64,000 bases of DNA from NCBI GenBank assembly GCA_041690595.1, contig JAWLHB010000013.1, forward strand, positions 62,001-126,000. Reading direction: 5' to 3'. The notes under the pieces are model-generated. The model ran no database searches. It saw nothing but the letters and a program-made list of their open reading frames with translations, and was not told the origin of the DNA. The stretch is from Lentisphaeria bacterium (GTDB lineage Bacteria > Verrucomicrobiota > Lentisphaeria > JABSQK01 > JAWLHB01). This document shows positions 20,549 through 31,774 of this stretch, one piece after another (position 1 is the first letter of the stretch; the number at the start of each line of letters is the position of its first letter). Position numbers and translations under genes: made by a program.

Positions 20549-22009
20549 ATGACACGACTTGTCGACGCGGAATCGCATGCGGAAGCACAGCGCGTGGAGC
20601 ACCTGGTGGTCGCGCGGATCGCGAAGCTCGCCCAGGGAGATCGGCTGCAGCCGGAGCGTGAGCTGGCGCAGGATCTGAAGGTTGGGCGTGGGGTGTTGCG
20701 AACTGTCCTGGGGCAACTGGAGGAGCGCGGCGTGATCTCGCGCCAGCGACGAATCGGGACGGTGGTGAACCCCCGAGCGCTGGAAAAACTCCAGCCGACG
20801 TTTTATATGGGGCGGAAGGATCCGCGGGCGATGCAGCCCAATTCCATGCGCCGCCTGCGCAACGAGCTGAGCCATGCGTTCGCGGATGAGCTGGCGGCGG
20901 AGCTTCTCGGCTACCGCCTGCAGCCGATGCCACACGAGCCGGATCATCGCCAGGTCATCACGAGCGGACGGCCGACCATCATCGGCAGCAGCGGTGTCCA
21001 TCTGCCCGACGCGGTGGCTTTCGGCGTCTGCGAGGATCTCACCGAACGGGTGCGCGGTTGGTCCGGAGCGGAGACGATCTGGCCGAATCTCTGGGAAGCG
21101 TCGACTCTCGGCGGCAGGATATTCGCCATCCCCCAAGCCGCCCACGTCTACGTGCTGATCGGCAATCGCGACCAGCTGCGCAAGGCGGGAATTCACGCGC
21201 TGCCCGGCACCTGGACCGAATTGCGGGAGTCGGCCTTGCGTCTGAAGCAGGATTCCGGCTGCGACCATGGCTTCGGCATCGCGGCGGATCATCATCTTTC
21301 GTGGCTCTTCGAAGATCTCTGCTACCAGGCGGGTGGATGCACCATCCATGGACGCGGCGACGACTGGCGCCCCACCCTGACCAGTGAGCCTGTGGTCAGG
21401 GCGCTGAGCTGGCTGCGCGAACTCTGCTGGAACGACCAATCCTTCTTTGCGGCCCCGGATTCGAGGTCGCTGGTGGCGGATGTGGCCTCGGGCAGGTGCG
21501 GGCTGGCGATGGTGGAATGCGGCGGTTTCTTCAACGATGTGGTGTGGGATGGGCATGCGCACAATTCCTTCGAGGTAGCTCCATTGCCGTCGGGCCCGGC
21601 CGGACACCGGCTTTGCCAGGTGAGCCTGCTGCTCGATTTGATCAATGCCGCCGCGCCGGCAGAGGAACGGTCGGCAGGTTGGGAATGGCTCAAACTGACC
21701 CATTCGACCGAGAATTCGACTCGCTACTCGCGCTACCTGTGGCAACACAAGCTGGTTACCGGCTGGCCTCCCATTCTGCGCACCGTCAGCTATGCGGAGA
21801 CAGGGATCACCCTGCCCGTGAGCTGGTTCAACACCGTCCAGGACATCGTCGCCCGTGCACGGCCCCAACCTGCTGGACACGGCTGGGACATCGACATCTA
21901 TCTGCAGCCCATTCTGCGACGGATCCTGCAGGACCCCACCGCCGATCCCGAAACCGAGCTGGCCTCCGTGCAACGCCTGGTGCGCCCCGGATTGCGCTTT
22001 CTGAATTGA
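20549..22009 (+). CDS. GntR winged-HTH fused to a sugar-type solute-binding-protein domain
   Basis: [59 protein letters not shown] signature. No signal peptide. Confidence 0.85.
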   Translation: MTRLVDAESHAEAQRVEHLVVARIAKLAQGDRLQPERELAQDLKVGRGVLRTVLGQLEERGVISRQRRIGTVVNPRALEKLQPTFYMGRKDPRAMQPNSMRRLRNELSHAFADELAAELLGYRLQPMPHEPDHRQVITSGRPTIIGSSGVHLPDAVAFGVCEDLTERVRGWSGAETIWPNLWEASTLGGRIFAIPQAAHVYVLIGNRDQLRKAGIHALPGTWTELRESALRLKQDSGCDHGFGIAADHHLSWLFEDLCYQAGGCTIHGRGDDWRPTLTSEPVVRALSWLRELCWNDQSFFAAPDSRSLVADVASGRCGLAMVECGGFFNDVVWDGHAHNSFEVAPLPSGPAGHRLCQVSLLLDLINAAAPAEERSAGWEWLKLTHSTENSTRYSRYLWQHKLVTGWPPILRTVSYAETGITLPVSWFNTVQDIVARARPQPAGHGWDIDIYLQPILRRILQDPTADPETELASVQRLVRPGLRFLN

Positions 22010-22049
22010 GATGACATTCGTGAACATCACCCAAACCCAAAGGACTCTC

Positions 22050-22685
22050 ATGAAGCCCCCCACCCTGCACCGCCGGTCGCCGCGCCGATTCACCCTTATC
22101 GAGCTGTTGGTGGTTGTCGCGATAATCTCCATCCTCGCCAGCATGCTGCTGCCGGCCCTGAGCGCGGCCAAGGAGAAGGCCAGAGGCGTCGCCTGTCTCA
22201 ACAATCTCAAGCAGGTGGGCATGACGCTCGACTTCTACTGCAACGAGAACGAAGACTTCTATCCGCACTACTACAACGGTGGCGGTTTGGCGGGACAGCA
22301 TTGGATCCGGGCGCTGGCGCCGCTGATGAATCTGTCGCAGGATTACAACAACTGGCCAAAGACCAAGTGGATGCTGATCTGCCCCACGGCCCTGTCGTTC
22401 GACGAAACGTACATCAACACCTACAACAACAACAACAACTGGCTGACCAGTTACGGAATGAACGTGCGCTTCGGCTTCATGCGGCGCAACCGGGTCATCG
22501 ATGCATCGAGCAGGCTGGTGGTTACGGACAGCAGAAAGACCTACTTCGTCTATCGCCCGTGGTACCCGGACAAGCACAGTCAACGCCACTCCAACTACCG
22601 GAGCTTCCAGGGAGTGCTTGGGGACGGGCATGCCGAGAGCTACCTCTTCAACACCGAACCGCTGCGCAGTTGGGAGGTCCAATGA
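22050..22685 (+). CDS. Prepilin-type protein (DUF1559/H-X9-DG-like), pilin 2
   Basis: [47 protein letters not shown]11-DGH. Confidence 0.9.
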   Translation: MKPPTLHRRSPRRFTLIELLVVVAIISILASMLLPALSAAKEKARGVACLNNLKQVGMTLDFYCNENEDFYPHYYNGGGLAGQHWIRALAPLMNLSQDYNNWPKTKWMLICPTALSFDETYINTYNNNNNWLTSYGMNVRFGFMRRNRVIDASSRLVVTDSRKTYFVYRPWYPDKHSQRHSNYRSFQGVLGDGHAESYLFNTEPLRSWEVQ

Positions 22686-25600
22686 AGCGGGTGATCCTCT
22701 CTCTGCTCGCGTGGGGCGCCATGGCCGCGATGACCAACGGCGCACCAACGGGAAGCTGGCGGTATGACTTCGGCAAGGCGGAGCATGCCGTGCCCGATGG
22801 TTTTGTCGCTGTCGATCATCAGCAGCTCTATACGCCGGAAACCGGCTATGGCTGGGAAAAGAGCTGGGGATTCGCCCATGCAGGCGATGGCGAGGACCCC
22901 CTGCTTGCGGACGGGATCGGGGGGAGAGACATCGCGGCCGAGCGGGAAGCCTTCTTTCTGGTCGACCTGCCGGCCGGCGTCTATCGCATGACTGCCTGGC
23001 TGGGTGTGCAATCGCCGCGTGAGGGACGCTTCGGGCAGTGCGTCGGGGTGAACGGCAAGGTCCTGCTTGCGCCGCCGGGAGTTGGCGGCTGGGGCAAGAC
23101 CTTTGAACGCCGGATGCCGCTGGTGGTTGAGGATGGGCGGGCGCGCGTGCGCTTCTTTGTCGTGGGCGAGTCGACTTCCCATCGCCTGAGCCTACTGGGG
23201 CTGGCAATCGAACCGGCACCGACGGCGGAAGCGGATGGCGTGCGCCTGGCTTGGGATGCCGCCCCCCTCGAGGATGAGATACTCGGGCAAACGCTGACCA
23301 TCGGCGATCGAACCTTCACCGAAGTGGGCCGGCGGCGGGAGCTGCCGCTGGGGCCTCTGCCGGCGCCATGGGATCAGGCACCGCTCCTCACCTTTTCGCG
23401 CCCAAGCCCTGGCGACATCCTGCCGTACAGCATCCCCCGAATCAATGAGTTGACAGAAGCGGTGGCCACCTTCGCCGCCCCCGGCCAGACCCAGGCCATG
23501 GCGCTGGGCGTCCACGCTCGCACAGCAGTGGAAGATGTCCGCTGCGGCATCAGCGATCTGGTCTCCGGCGAGCATCGCCTGCGGGCCGAAGCCATCGAAC
23601 TCTTCACGGTGACCAGCCACGTCCAGTCCATTTCGGAGCGTCCCGGCAGCGTGGCGCAGCTCATGCCCGAGCTGCTGGAAAAGAATTGGCCCTTTTCGCT
23701 GGCAGCGGCACAGACGCAGCCCCTTTACATGCGGGTGAAGGTTCCGGATGAACAGCCCGCCGGCATCTATCGCGGCCATCTGACGCTCGACGCGGCCGGT
23801 CACCCGGCAACGAAGGTGGAGCTGATCGTACGCGTCATTCCCATTACCCTGGCAACCCCGCCCGACAAGACCTGGCACCTTTATGCGGATACGGATCGCT
23901 GGTTCACCATGAGCCGACGCGAGATGGAGCGGGAGATCGACGACATGCTGGCGCACGGCATCACCTCCATCAACGGGGGTTATCCGCCACTTTCGGGAGC
24001 GTTCATCGAGAAGGATGGCCGCATCGAAGATACCTATCTCGGGCGCCTGGAAGACGGGCTGATCTATGCGGCCTCCCGCGGACTCAAGGGGCCGATACTG
24101 CTCGGCGGCACCAGCGGCCTGATCTGGCGCTTCCGCGGCTGGTCGATCAACCATCGCGGAGAGGGGAGCCATGAGTACGACGAGGGCTGGAAAGGTCAGG
24201 CGCTGGCGGTAAACCATCCCGCCACGAAGGATGCCACCGGCCTCTCCCAGGTCTGCGGTACGCTCCTTTCGCCCGGCGAGTCCGTGCGCTTCTCCTTCCG
24301 GTTCAAGGCGGAGGGAGCCATCGTCGGGCGGCTGGGTGTGCGCTTCATGAAGACGTACAAACGCGATCCGGTCCAGGAAGGGCAACTCCACCTGCAAGTG
24401 CGGGCCGGTCAGGATGGCTGGCAGCACGTGTGGGGAACCACCGACGTGCCGATCGACGCTCCGTATGCCCAGGTCGTCGGCGATTTCAGCGGCAAGGGGC
24501 GGCTGTGGATCGATGAGGTCGAGCTGATGCCGGCGACGCGCGCCCATATCAATTACGTGATCAACCCCGGTTTCGAGCGGGAATTCGGTAATCTCGATCT
24601 GAACCAGCCGTGGCCGGACAGCTTCATGAGTGATTATCAGGATGCGCTTCGGGCGCTGGCCAAGGTCGGCGAACGGACGGGGCTGCCGATCTACATCGTG
24701 GGGACCGACGAGGCCGGCAATGACCCGCGGCATGCCTTCCGCGAGATCATGGAGCTGCGCGGCGCACATGAAGCCGGCCTCAAGACCTGGTGCAACCTGG
24801 CTCCTTACCTCGTCGAGAAACTCGATGGCATTCTGGACGCCACTTGCTTCTATGGCGACATGCTGGGCAGTGAAGAAGATTGCCAACGCCTCGTCGCCCG
24901 GGAGCATGCCGCACAGCGGGAGATCTACACCATCACCTCCGGCACCTACGAAGGACAGGACGCTGGCATGATGCCCAACCGCTATGGCGTCGGTTTCTTC
25001 TTCTGGCGATCCGGCGTCGACGGCACCGGCATCTGGACCTTCCAACGACCGGTTGGAGATCCGTTTGACGATTTCGACGACCAGTATCGCGATCATCTTC
25101 TGGTCTATCCGCCCCGCAATCCGGGCGAGGCGGCCATTCCGACCTTGGCGTGGGAAGGAATTCGCGAAGGGTGGAACGACTTCCGCTATGCCTACACGCT
25201 GGAAATGGCGGTCGCGGATGCCCGCCGGGATGGGCGCGACAGTCAGGCTGAGCAGGGTGAGGCTGTCCTGAACTTCGTGCGAACGGCGGTGCCATGGTAC
25301 GACGCGTATGATCCGGCTCGCTTTGACGATCAGGCCGCTGACCAGCTCCGTTGGCTGATCGCCTGGACGCTGCTGCAGCTTCAGGAAGGCGTTGCCGCGG
25401 ACGAGGCTACGGAGACGGACGGCGGCGAGCTGCGGATTGCCTTTGCCGATACCGCACCGGCGGCCCCACAAGCACCGATCTTCTGCCCGCCGTTGGCGAC
25501 TCCGCCGCTGATCGATGGCGCGCTGGACGATGAAATCTGGCAGCAGGCGACCATGCGGGAAGGCTTTGAACTGCATACGAGTGCCGGCGTGGCGGCCCCA

Positions 25601-26716
25601 ACCCAGACGAAGCTCTACCTCGGCCATGACCGTGATAACCTGTATGTGGGCATCCGCTGCCTGGATCCGAAGATGTCCGACCTCAAGGTCACCGCCACGG
25701 AGCACGACGGCAATGTCTTTGCCGATGATTCGATCGAGCTTTTCATCGACACCAATCACGACGCGTTCAGCTATCTTCAGCTCTGCTTCAACGCTGCAGG
25801 AACACGTTTCGATTCGCGTTGCGCGGGTGGTTACAACTACGGCAACAACATCTTCCAGGTCGCCTACGGCAGAAAGAAGGTGCGCGATCCCGAGTGGAAT
25901 GGCGACTGGCAGGTTCGCACCCGTCACTTCGAAGATCGTTGGGAGGCCGAGGTCGTGCTGCCCTTCAGCACCATCGGCCGCGACAGCGACCTGATGGGCA
26001 TCCTGGTCGGCCGCAACCGCAAGGCCGGCGGCCCCGAGACCTCGTCGATGGTTTCGATCGGCTTCTTCAACCAGCCGGATGCCTTCCCCACCCTGCTGTT
26101 GGGCGGAGCACGGAACGGCGAGAGCATGATCGAGCAGGTGGAACTGCCGGTGGCGCGCGCGGGCCATGCACAGGTCGCCATCTCCCTGCACCAAGCCCCC
26201 GCCTTCAGTTGCCAGGCCACCATTGCCACACCAGACGGAGAAGCAACGCAGTGGGGACCGATCACTGCCGCCGATGGCGTCGCCACCCTGCCCTTCCAGT
26301 TGCCCGCGACCTCCAGCACCGTCACCCTCGAAATCCGCGATGGGGAAGAGCTTCTCCACCGCCTGGTTCAACAAGCCTCCCCACCCGCACGCCTGCGGAT
26401 CCAGGCCGGAAAGCAACTGCTGACCACGGCCGATTCCGAGGCTCGCTATCGGCTGGCCACCCTCCTTACGCCGCGGGATCGCGAACAGTCCAAACTGGTC
26501 GCCGCCATTCGTCGCAACGGCGCGGTACTGGCTTCCGCGGAAAGCGCCATCGGCGGAGAGACGAGCGAACTGCGCTGGACTCACGCGGAGAGCCCGCGTC
26601 CCGGCTTCTACACCTTGGAGCTGCTGCTGGAAGGCAGCCCTGCGGGGGAACCGGAAAAGCTCAACTACCCGCTTGCCATCGTCCCTCATTTTCTGGAGAC
26701 CGTACCCGCACCATGA
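22682..26716 (+). CDS. Large secreted multidomain glycoside-hydrolase-like protein with CBM9/DOMON-like module
   Basis: Signal peptide [24 protein letters not shown]....GYGW beta-sandwich. TDEA and WEGIREG..DFRY (GH123/DUF4091-like). [10 protein letters not shown] and DDSIELFID (CBM9-like). Start 22682 by ATGA overlap. Confidence 0.7.
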   Translation: MKRVILSLLAWGAMAAMTNGAPTGSWRYDFGKAEHAVPDGFVAVDHQQLYTPETGYGWEKSWGFAHAGDGEDPLLADGIGGRDIAAEREAFFLVDLPAGVYRMTAWLGVQSPREGRFGQCVGVNGKVLLAPPGVGGWGKTFERRMPLVVEDGRARVRFFVVGESTSHRLSLLGLAIEPAPTAEADGVRLAWDAAPLEDEILGQTLTIGDRTFTEVGRRRELPLGPLPAPWDQAPLLTFSRPSPGDILPYSIPRINELTEAVATFAAPGQTQAMALGVHARTAVEDVRCGISDLVSGEHRLRAEAIELFTVTSHVQSISERPGSVAQLMPELLEKNWPFSLAAAQTQPLYMRVKVPDEQPAGIYRGHLTLDAAGHPATKVELIVRVIPITLATPPDKTWHLYADTDRWFTMSRREMEREIDDMLAHGITSINGGYPPLSGAFIEKDGRIEDTYLGRLEDGLIYAASRGLKGPILLGGTSGLIWRFRGWSINHRGEGSHEYDEGWKGQALAVNHPATKDATGLSQVCGTLLSPGESVRFSFRFKAEGAIVGRLGVRFMKTYKRDPVQEGQLHLQVRAGQDGWQHVWGTTDVPIDAPYAQVVGDFSGKGRLWIDEVELMPATRAHINYVINPGFEREFGNLDLNQPWPDSFMSDYQDALRALAKVGERTGLPIYIVGTDEAGNDPRHAFREIMELRGAHEAGLKTWCNLAPYLVEKLDGILDATCFYGDMLGSEEDCQRLVAREHAAQREIYTITSGTYEGQDAGMMPNRYGVGFFFWRSGVDGTGIWTFQRPVGDPFDDFDDQYRDHLLVYPPRNPGEAAIPTLAWEGIREGWNDFRYAYTLEMAVADARRDGRDSQAEQGEAVLNFVRTAVPWYDAYDPARFDDQAADQLRWLIAWTLLQLQEGVAADEATETDGGELRIAFADTAPAAPQAPIFCPPLATPPLIDGALDDEIWQQATMREGFELHTSAGVAAPTQTKLYLGHDRDNLYVGIRCLDPKMSDLKVTATEHDGNVFADDSIELFIDTNHDAFSYLQLCFNAAGTRFDSRCAGGYNYGNNIFQVAYGRKKVRDPEWNGDWQVRTRHFEDRWEAEVVLPFSTIGRDSDLMGILVGRNRKAGGPETSSMVSIGFFNQPDAFPTLLLGGARNGESMIEQVELPVARAGHAQVAISLHQAPAFSCQATIATPDGEATQWGPITAADGVATLPFQLPATSSTVTLEIRDGEELLHRLVQQASPPARLRIQAGKQLLTTADSEARYRLATLLTPRDREQSKLVAAIRRNGAVLASAESAIGGETSELRWTHAESPRPGFYTLELLLEGSPAGEPEKLNYPLAIVPHFLETVPAP

Positions 26717-28878
26717 CGCCACTGAACGTTCCGCTCCACCCCCTGCCGACGAATCAAGCCGGCTCTTCGCTCGTTGTCTCACTCCCCCTGCCCCCCTGGG
26801 AAGTCGATGTCGACATCCCCGGGGCGGCCACAGTGCAGAGGGTGCCGCTGGGTGAATGGCCGGCGCGTACCCTGCTCGATCCGCGGCTCCGCCGAGCCTG
26901 GCCCGCAAGCGAGATCGCCCAGCCCCGCGCCTTTGGCAATCCCCCCCGGCGCTGCCTGGTCGAGGCACGCTTCGATGGCGCGCTTCCAGCCGAGCTTCAT
27001 GCCCGACTGACCCGCCGCGAGCAAGCCGGGCCGGTACCGGTTGCGCCACCCGTCGCCACCGCGGTCCGTGCCGAGGAAGGCGAAGAGATCTACCACCACC
27101 GGGACGAAGAGCTTTACCACTACGTGCGCCGCGAAGATGCAGCGATCATCGTGGCTGGAGGAGAGCGCCTGCGCGTGCGTCTGGGCATGCTGATCCATGA
27201 CCAGCGTCGCTACTGGCAGTGGGTCACCGCTATTCCAGCCTGGGAAGGCGAGTTGAGCACCGCCTGCACCGTCGGTGGCCACATCTATGCCGGCCCCGAC
27301 GAAGACCGGCCGATGACCATTGCCGAAGCCAAGCAGGTGGAGAAGCTCTCCTATTTCGAGGAGTGTACGATCAGCGCCAAGGCCTTCATCGTGCTGCATG
27401 ACGATGGCGCCATGGAGGTCGACTGCCACTTCGCCAACATCCAGGGCTACGGGCGCGGCAAACTGGCGCACGGGCTGCCGATTATCGAGATCGAGCGGGA
27501 AGATCTGCCCGGCGCCGAAGATCTGTGGCCGGAGACCGATGAGGGGAGCACCGAGACGGAGGGCGGCCTGTGGCGCTGGCAGCCGCTGACCAGCACCCGG
27601 ATCTGGCTGGGCAATCGCTGGCAGGGGGGACTCATGCTCGCCGACGGCGCGCCGATTCCCCATCACGTGCGCGACTCGGAGAAGGGAATGGTATCGGGTG
27701 TGGGACGCAGCTTTCGATTCACCTGGCGCCTCCAGCCGCAGTCCCAATTGCCGACGCGTTGTCTCGCGGAACCCACTTGGTACCTGCGTTGCGGCATTCA
27801 CGGTTTGCCCGTGCGCGAAAGCAGCGAGCCGGAAGGCGCACTCCGGCGGCTGCGGGAAAAGGCAGTCGAGGTCTTCAAGCGCAACGTGCACCCGGACGGC
27901 ATGAGCCGCGGCGGCGTGTATCGTTATCTCGATCAACAGCCGGACGGCCGATACGAGCTGTCGCTGGACGGCAATGAGAGCGCCTTCATTCTCCGAGCTG
28001 CCTGCCAGGAGCGGGACGGCGAGCTGTACCGGCTCGGGATGGAAGCGGCACGCTGTGTGGCGGACATCGGCGTGGACCACAACGATTTCAACGTGCATTA
28101 TCACGGCGACACCGAAGAGTGGTCGCTCTACTCGCTGATCTATCACCGCTTCGGCGGCTTGGTGACGGCGTGGCAGGAGAGCGGCGATCCCTGGTATCTG
28201 GAGATCTCCGAGGCGGTGGCCAATCGCTGGATCTCGGTGAACCGGCAGAATCAGCCCCGGCAGAACATGGGCCGCGACGCCGAGCCGGTGGAGGGCATCC
28301 TGATGCTCTTCGATGCAACCGGCAAGGACCACTATTTCGTCGAGGCGGAGAAGATCGCGCTGGATGTCGCGCGTTCCCTCTTTGCCGACGGCACCTGGCG
28401 CAGCGGTTTCGGCGTCGGCCCCTATTGGGGAACCAACGCCCTCCGCGGCCAAGCCTGGAACGGCAGCCACCTGCTCGCGGGAATCGCCGAGTTTCTCTTT
28501 CGGGCCGCGCCCGCCACCTCTCCCCATCATGCTTACCTGCTGGAGCGCGCCGTGACCCTGGTGCACGGCCTCTGTCGAAGCATCGATGCCGACTACGGCG
28601 GCTTCCACCGCACCAGCGGCAGTTTCCTGCTGCGACGCTTCGCCCTGATCGCGGAGCTTGCCGGCGATACCGGCCTGCAGGCAAAGCTGACCACCGTCTG
28701 CGCGGGTATCCTGGCCGCCTTCGACAAGGATCCCGATGCCTTCTTCACGACCGGCCACCACTGCGGTGGCTACCTCGATGGCCCGCGCGTCTGGGCCTCC
28801 CTCGACTGGACCACTCCCGCAGCGCAGGAGGAGACTCCCGACGTGCTCGGGAGCCTCAACAGGTCCAACGCGGGATGA
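26713..28878 (+). CDS. Hypothetical protein, possible (alpha/alpha)-toroid glycan lyase/hydrolase
   Basis: ATGA-coupled to the upstream gene. Repeated helical motifs (WQESGDPWYLE, FDATGKDHYF) typical of six-hairpin folds. No signal peptide. Confidence 0.55.
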   Translation: MTPLNVPLHPLPTNQAGSSLVVSLPLPPWEVDVDIPGAATVQRVPLGEWPARTLLDPRLRRAWPASEIAQPRAFGNPPRRCLVEARFDGALPAELHARLTRREQAGPVPVAPPVATAVRAEEGEEIYHHRDEELYHYVRREDAAIIVAGGERLRVRLGMLIHDQRRYWQWVTAIPAWEGELSTACTVGGHIYAGPDEDRPMTIAEAKQVEKLSYFEECTISAKAFIVLHDDGAMEVDCHFANIQGYGRGKLAHGLPIIEIEREDLPGAEDLWPETDEGSTETEGGLWRWQPLTSTRIWLGNRWQGGLMLADGAPIPHHVRDSEKGMVSGVGRSFRFTWRLQPQSQLPTRCLAEPTWYLRCGIHGLPVRESSEPEGALRRLREKAVEVFKRNVHPDGMSRGGVYRYLDQQPDGRYELSLDGNESAFILRAACQERDGELYRLGMEAARCVADIGVDHNDFNVHYHGDTEEWSLYSLIYHRFGGLVTAWQESGDPWYLEISEAVANRWISVNRQNQPRQNMGRDAEPVEGILMLFDATGKDHYFVEAEKIALDVARSLFADGTWRSGFGVGPYWGTNALRGQAWNGSHLLAGIAEFLFRAAPATSPHHAYLLERAVTLVHGLCRSIDADYGGFHRTSGSFLLRRFALIAELAGDTGLQAKLTTVCAGILAAFDKDPDAFFTTGHHCGGYLDGPRVWASLDWTTPAAQEETPDVLGSLNRSNAG

Positions 28879-28893
28879 TCGGCAGGCCCGTCT

Positions 28894-30012
28894 CTACAGC
28901 GACTTCAGCCCTTCAACGACGATTCGTGCCTTTTCGAAAGGCACGGGCGCCGGCAGGACGCCCGCCGAGGTGAGGAAGATGCGGCGGCGATCGGGACAGG
29001 CGGCAAGATCCTGACGCACGGTCTCGACGATGACCTCTGGAGAAGAGAGCCAGAGCGTGGCGTTCGTACCGCCGATAAGACACTTGGAGGGCATGCGAGT
29101 GCGCCCCTCGACTAGAGAAACGTCGCCAAGCGGCCGCGTTGTATACGCTTCGTTGGCCATGGCCGGCAGGGCATCGATCATCTCGAGCAGCAGGTTGAGG
29201 GTGCCGCACATGTGGTGAACCGGAATGCAACCATACTCCAGAACGGCGTTGCCGTAGGCCGTCAGATGAGGGACGCAGTAGCGTTTGAAGAGCGAAGGGC
29301 TGATCAAGGTGGTGGAGGTATTCTCCGTGAGCCAGTAGGTGTCTGCCTTGTAGTGGGGCATCGCGGCCTTGATCTGGCGGAGATGATCCTCGTGCATGAG
29401 CGCCATGATCTCATCGATCAGCGCGGGTGCATCGGCGAGATGGTACATCAGTGCCTGGGGGCCGCAGTCATGTTCGAGCAGACGCATGAGGGGGCTGGGG
29501 CCGATTCCACCACTGCTCACCCCATCCAGCTCTTCGGCGATGTGCCGCTGGCGCTCCGCATGCGGCGCCAACTGCGCCGGATCGACGTGATATTCGGTAT
29601 CCGTATAGTACCAACGCAGAGCCGCCAGGTTGGGCAGCGTCTCCGCATAGCAGCTCTGCGGGTGCCAACTGCTGGTGTATGGATCGACCTTGTCGGTCTT
29701 GGTGAGTATGCCGTCGGGGGTCTCCAGGACCGTGGTCAGCACATCGCCCTCGCGGTGACTCTGCTCCACAACGTGTGGCCGATGGGCGACCAGAGGCAAG
29801 CCGCAGCCGAGTATCATATCGCAGCCGGCCGCCCTCAGCAGCGCCACGGCATCCATGCTTCGATACGGTTCCGGCTGCGCGTTCTGCCAGGTCGGATTCG
29901 TCATCTTCAGCCAAACGGGAAAGCGATCGACCTCCTCGCCGCGCAGCACCGCGAGCATGCGTTCACGAGAAGAAGTGGAAACACCCGGGGCAAACCTGGC
30001 AATCGTACTCAC
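28894..30012 (-). CDS. URO-D/MtaA-like family protein
   Basis: SSRERMLAVLRGEEVDRFPV, ENTSTTLISP, HHMCG. Paralogous to 11106..12239. Confidence 0.78.
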   Translation of the reverse strand: MSTIARFAPGVSTSSRERMLAVLRGEEVDRFPVWLKMTNPTWQNAQPEPYRSMDAVALLRAAGCDMILGCGLPLVAHRPHVVEQSHREGDVLTTVLETPDGILTKTDKVDPYTSSWHPQSCYAETLPNLAALRWYYTDTEYHVDPAQLAPHAERQRHIAEELDGVSSGGIGPSPLMRLLEHDCGPQALMYHLADAPALIDEIMALMHEDHLRQIKAAMPHYKADTYWLTENTSTTLISPSLFKRYCVPHLTAYGNAVLEYGCIPVHHMCGTLNLLLEMIDALPAMANEAYTTRPLGDVSLVEGRTRMPSKCLIGGTNATLWLSSPEVIVETVRQDLAACPDRRRIFLTSAGVLPAPVPFEKARIVVEGLKSL

Positions 30013-30042
30013 GATGGAACCTCAGAGCTGGTGGTAGTCGTA

Positions 30043-30792
30043 TCAGGCCGTGGGCGGATCGGCCATCCGGTTGAGCCGAAGGCGATCTTCGCCTCGCAGC
30101 AGTATACAGCGATGGTCGGCAAAAAGTTGGTCGTGGTCGACCTTGACGATGGGAACCGTGACGCGTATCGCCAACCCGAGGCGCCGCATGGTGCTCGTAT
30201 TGGGCGCCGAGCGATGCAGCGTCTTTTCGTTAAAGAGGACGAACTGGCCCGGTTCGAGGACCATATCGATCGCTTTTGAGGTATCGGCGCAGGCGGGATC
30301 GGCCATTTCGCCGAAGGCCATTTCCGGCGGCGCCTGAACGTGCGGCAACGCCTTCTTGTGGGAACCGGGGATGAACTGCACGCAGGCATTCTCGCTGGTA
30401 GCGGGATCGATGGCCAGCCAGGCGGTGATGTTGACGAGCGGTTCCAAGGGCCAGTAGTTCAGATCCTGATGCCACGGCACTTCCTGATCGCCAGGGAGTT
30501 TCTTGAAGAAATTGGAGCGCCACAGGACCAGATCCGGCCCATAGATGGCGGCCATGCGCTCGACGATCTGGGGGTTCGCGCACAAGTCGTAGACGAGGCG
30601 GCTGTCGAGGTGGCGGCTCTGATGATCGCCGCAACCAGGTAAGCCCTCGCGCCCCATGACCTCCCGGTCGATACGCTCGCGGAGAGTCGCCATGTCGGCG
30701 GCAGGCATGGCGGCATAGGGGCCGGCATAGCCCTGTTCACGGAATTGCGCGATCTCGGCTGGCGTCATGGTGATGGTCAAGAGGTCCGGCAT
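30043..30792 (-). CDS. Phytanoyl-CoA dioxygenase (PhyH) family Fe(II)/2-OG enzyme
   Basis: FREQGY, WHQD, TAWLAID, FIPGSH, HRSAPN..RR. Confidence 0.85.
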   Translation of the reverse strand: MPDLLTITMTPAEIAQFREQGYAGPYAAMPAADMATLRERIDREVMGREGLPGCGDHQSRHLDSRLVYDLCANPQIVERMAAIYGPDLVLWRSNFFKKLPGDQEVPWHQDLNYWPLEPLVNITAWLAIDPATSENACVQFIPGSHKKALPHVQAPPEMAFGEMADPACADTSKAIDMVLEPGQFVLFNEKTLHRSAPNTSTMRRLGLAIRVTVPIVKVDHDQLFADHRCILLRGEDRLRLNRMADPPTA

Positions 30793-30929
30793 GGTGATTC
30801 GCTCCGAATGAAAGATCGAATAGGGTGATTGGTACTCTCTCTCTACTGTAGAGGTCGAATTGCCAGCCATCAATCAACATGAACCGGCGAATACTTGATC
30901 TAAACCGGTGATCCACTACTGTAAACATC

Positions 30930-31772
30930 ATGGCGTCACCCCCACTCAAGAGCTGCGGCACCACCGATTGGCTACGTCTGCTGGCCTCACCCCTCACGCA
31001 GATCGAGCCCGTGCTTTCCGGCTATATCGCCGTCTCCTCGAGTTGGCATTTCGACATGCGCACCATACCGGAGCACTTGCTCTATTTCGTGGTCGACAGT
31101 GGCTTCGAGGCGATGCTGGCGGGCGAACGTCACCTGATATCGGCCGGGAGCATCCTGTGGCTGGCGCCCGGCGTCGAACACACCTTCAAACTGAGCAATC
31201 CATCGCGACCGATCACGCTCTATCACCACCGGCTGCAAGTGCGCGCGGAAGGGGCATACTGGCGCCCCAGGCGAGGCATTACCGTGCGCCACAACGTCTG
31301 GGAGTTGCGGGATCTGGTGGCACACTACTACGACGATACGCAGGTGCAGGGGCGCTGGCAGAACGACCGGCTGCGCTCCCTTCTCTATCTGCTCTATACC
31401 GGCATGCTCAAAGCACCCGCCCGCCCCACCCCCAGCGCGCCAGGCCGCACCCTCAGCTACAGCGCGCGGCGCAGACTGGAAAGCTATGCCCTCCAACATG
31501 CTGCCGATTGGCCACCCGCTTCGGCCCTGGCAGCCGAGTTGAACCTCTCGCACGACTACTTCGCCAGGATGTTCCGGCGCACCTACGGGATCAGCCCGCG
31601 CAGCTGGCTGCTTCGGGAACGCATGCGACTTGCGGCGGCCCGACTGGAAGAGAGCGCCGTCACCGTGACCGATGTCGCACGGGAGCTGGGGTATGGTGAT
31701 CTTGCCACCTTCAGCCGCCAGTTCAGGCAGGTCCTCGGTGTCTCACCACGAGGCTACCGAGCCCGCCACTGA
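30930..31772 (+). CDS. AraC family transcriptional regulator
   Basis: Cupin N-terminus, YFARMFRRTYGISP, ELGYGD..FSRQFR..GVSP. Confidence 0.92.
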   Translation: MASPPLKSCGTTDWLRLLASPLTQIEPVLSGYIAVSSSWHFDMRTIPEHLLYFVVDSGFEAMLAGERHLISAGSILWLAPGVEHTFKLSNPSRPITLYHHRLQVRAEGAYWRPRRGITVRHNVWELRDLVAHYYDDTQVQGRWQNDRLRSLLYLLYTGMLKAPARPTPSAPGRTLSYSARRRLESYALQHAADWPPASALAAELNLSHDYFARMFRRTYGISPRSWLLRERMRLAAARLEESAVTVTDVARELGYGDLATFSRQFRQVLGVSPRGYRARH

Positions 31773-31774
31773 GA

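Noticed and set aside
22425..22439. (AAC)5 run in the pilin 2 head, suggesting a diversity-generating retroelement or phase variation
   Set aside because: No reverse transcriptase or template/variable repeat pair was seen. A short in-frame triplet run only encodes poly-Asn.
23192..27049. 1285-aa minus-strand ORF and many other long overlapping ORFs (e.g. 2549..4174, 12297..13832, 26779..28761, 31886..33424, 48793..50337)
   Set aside because: Antisense or frame shadows of real genes in high-GC DNA. Arg/Pro/Ala-rich, with no motifs.
30043..30792. Possible Fe/2-OG halogenase
   Set aside because: The HQD carboxylate ligand is retained, as in hydroxylases.
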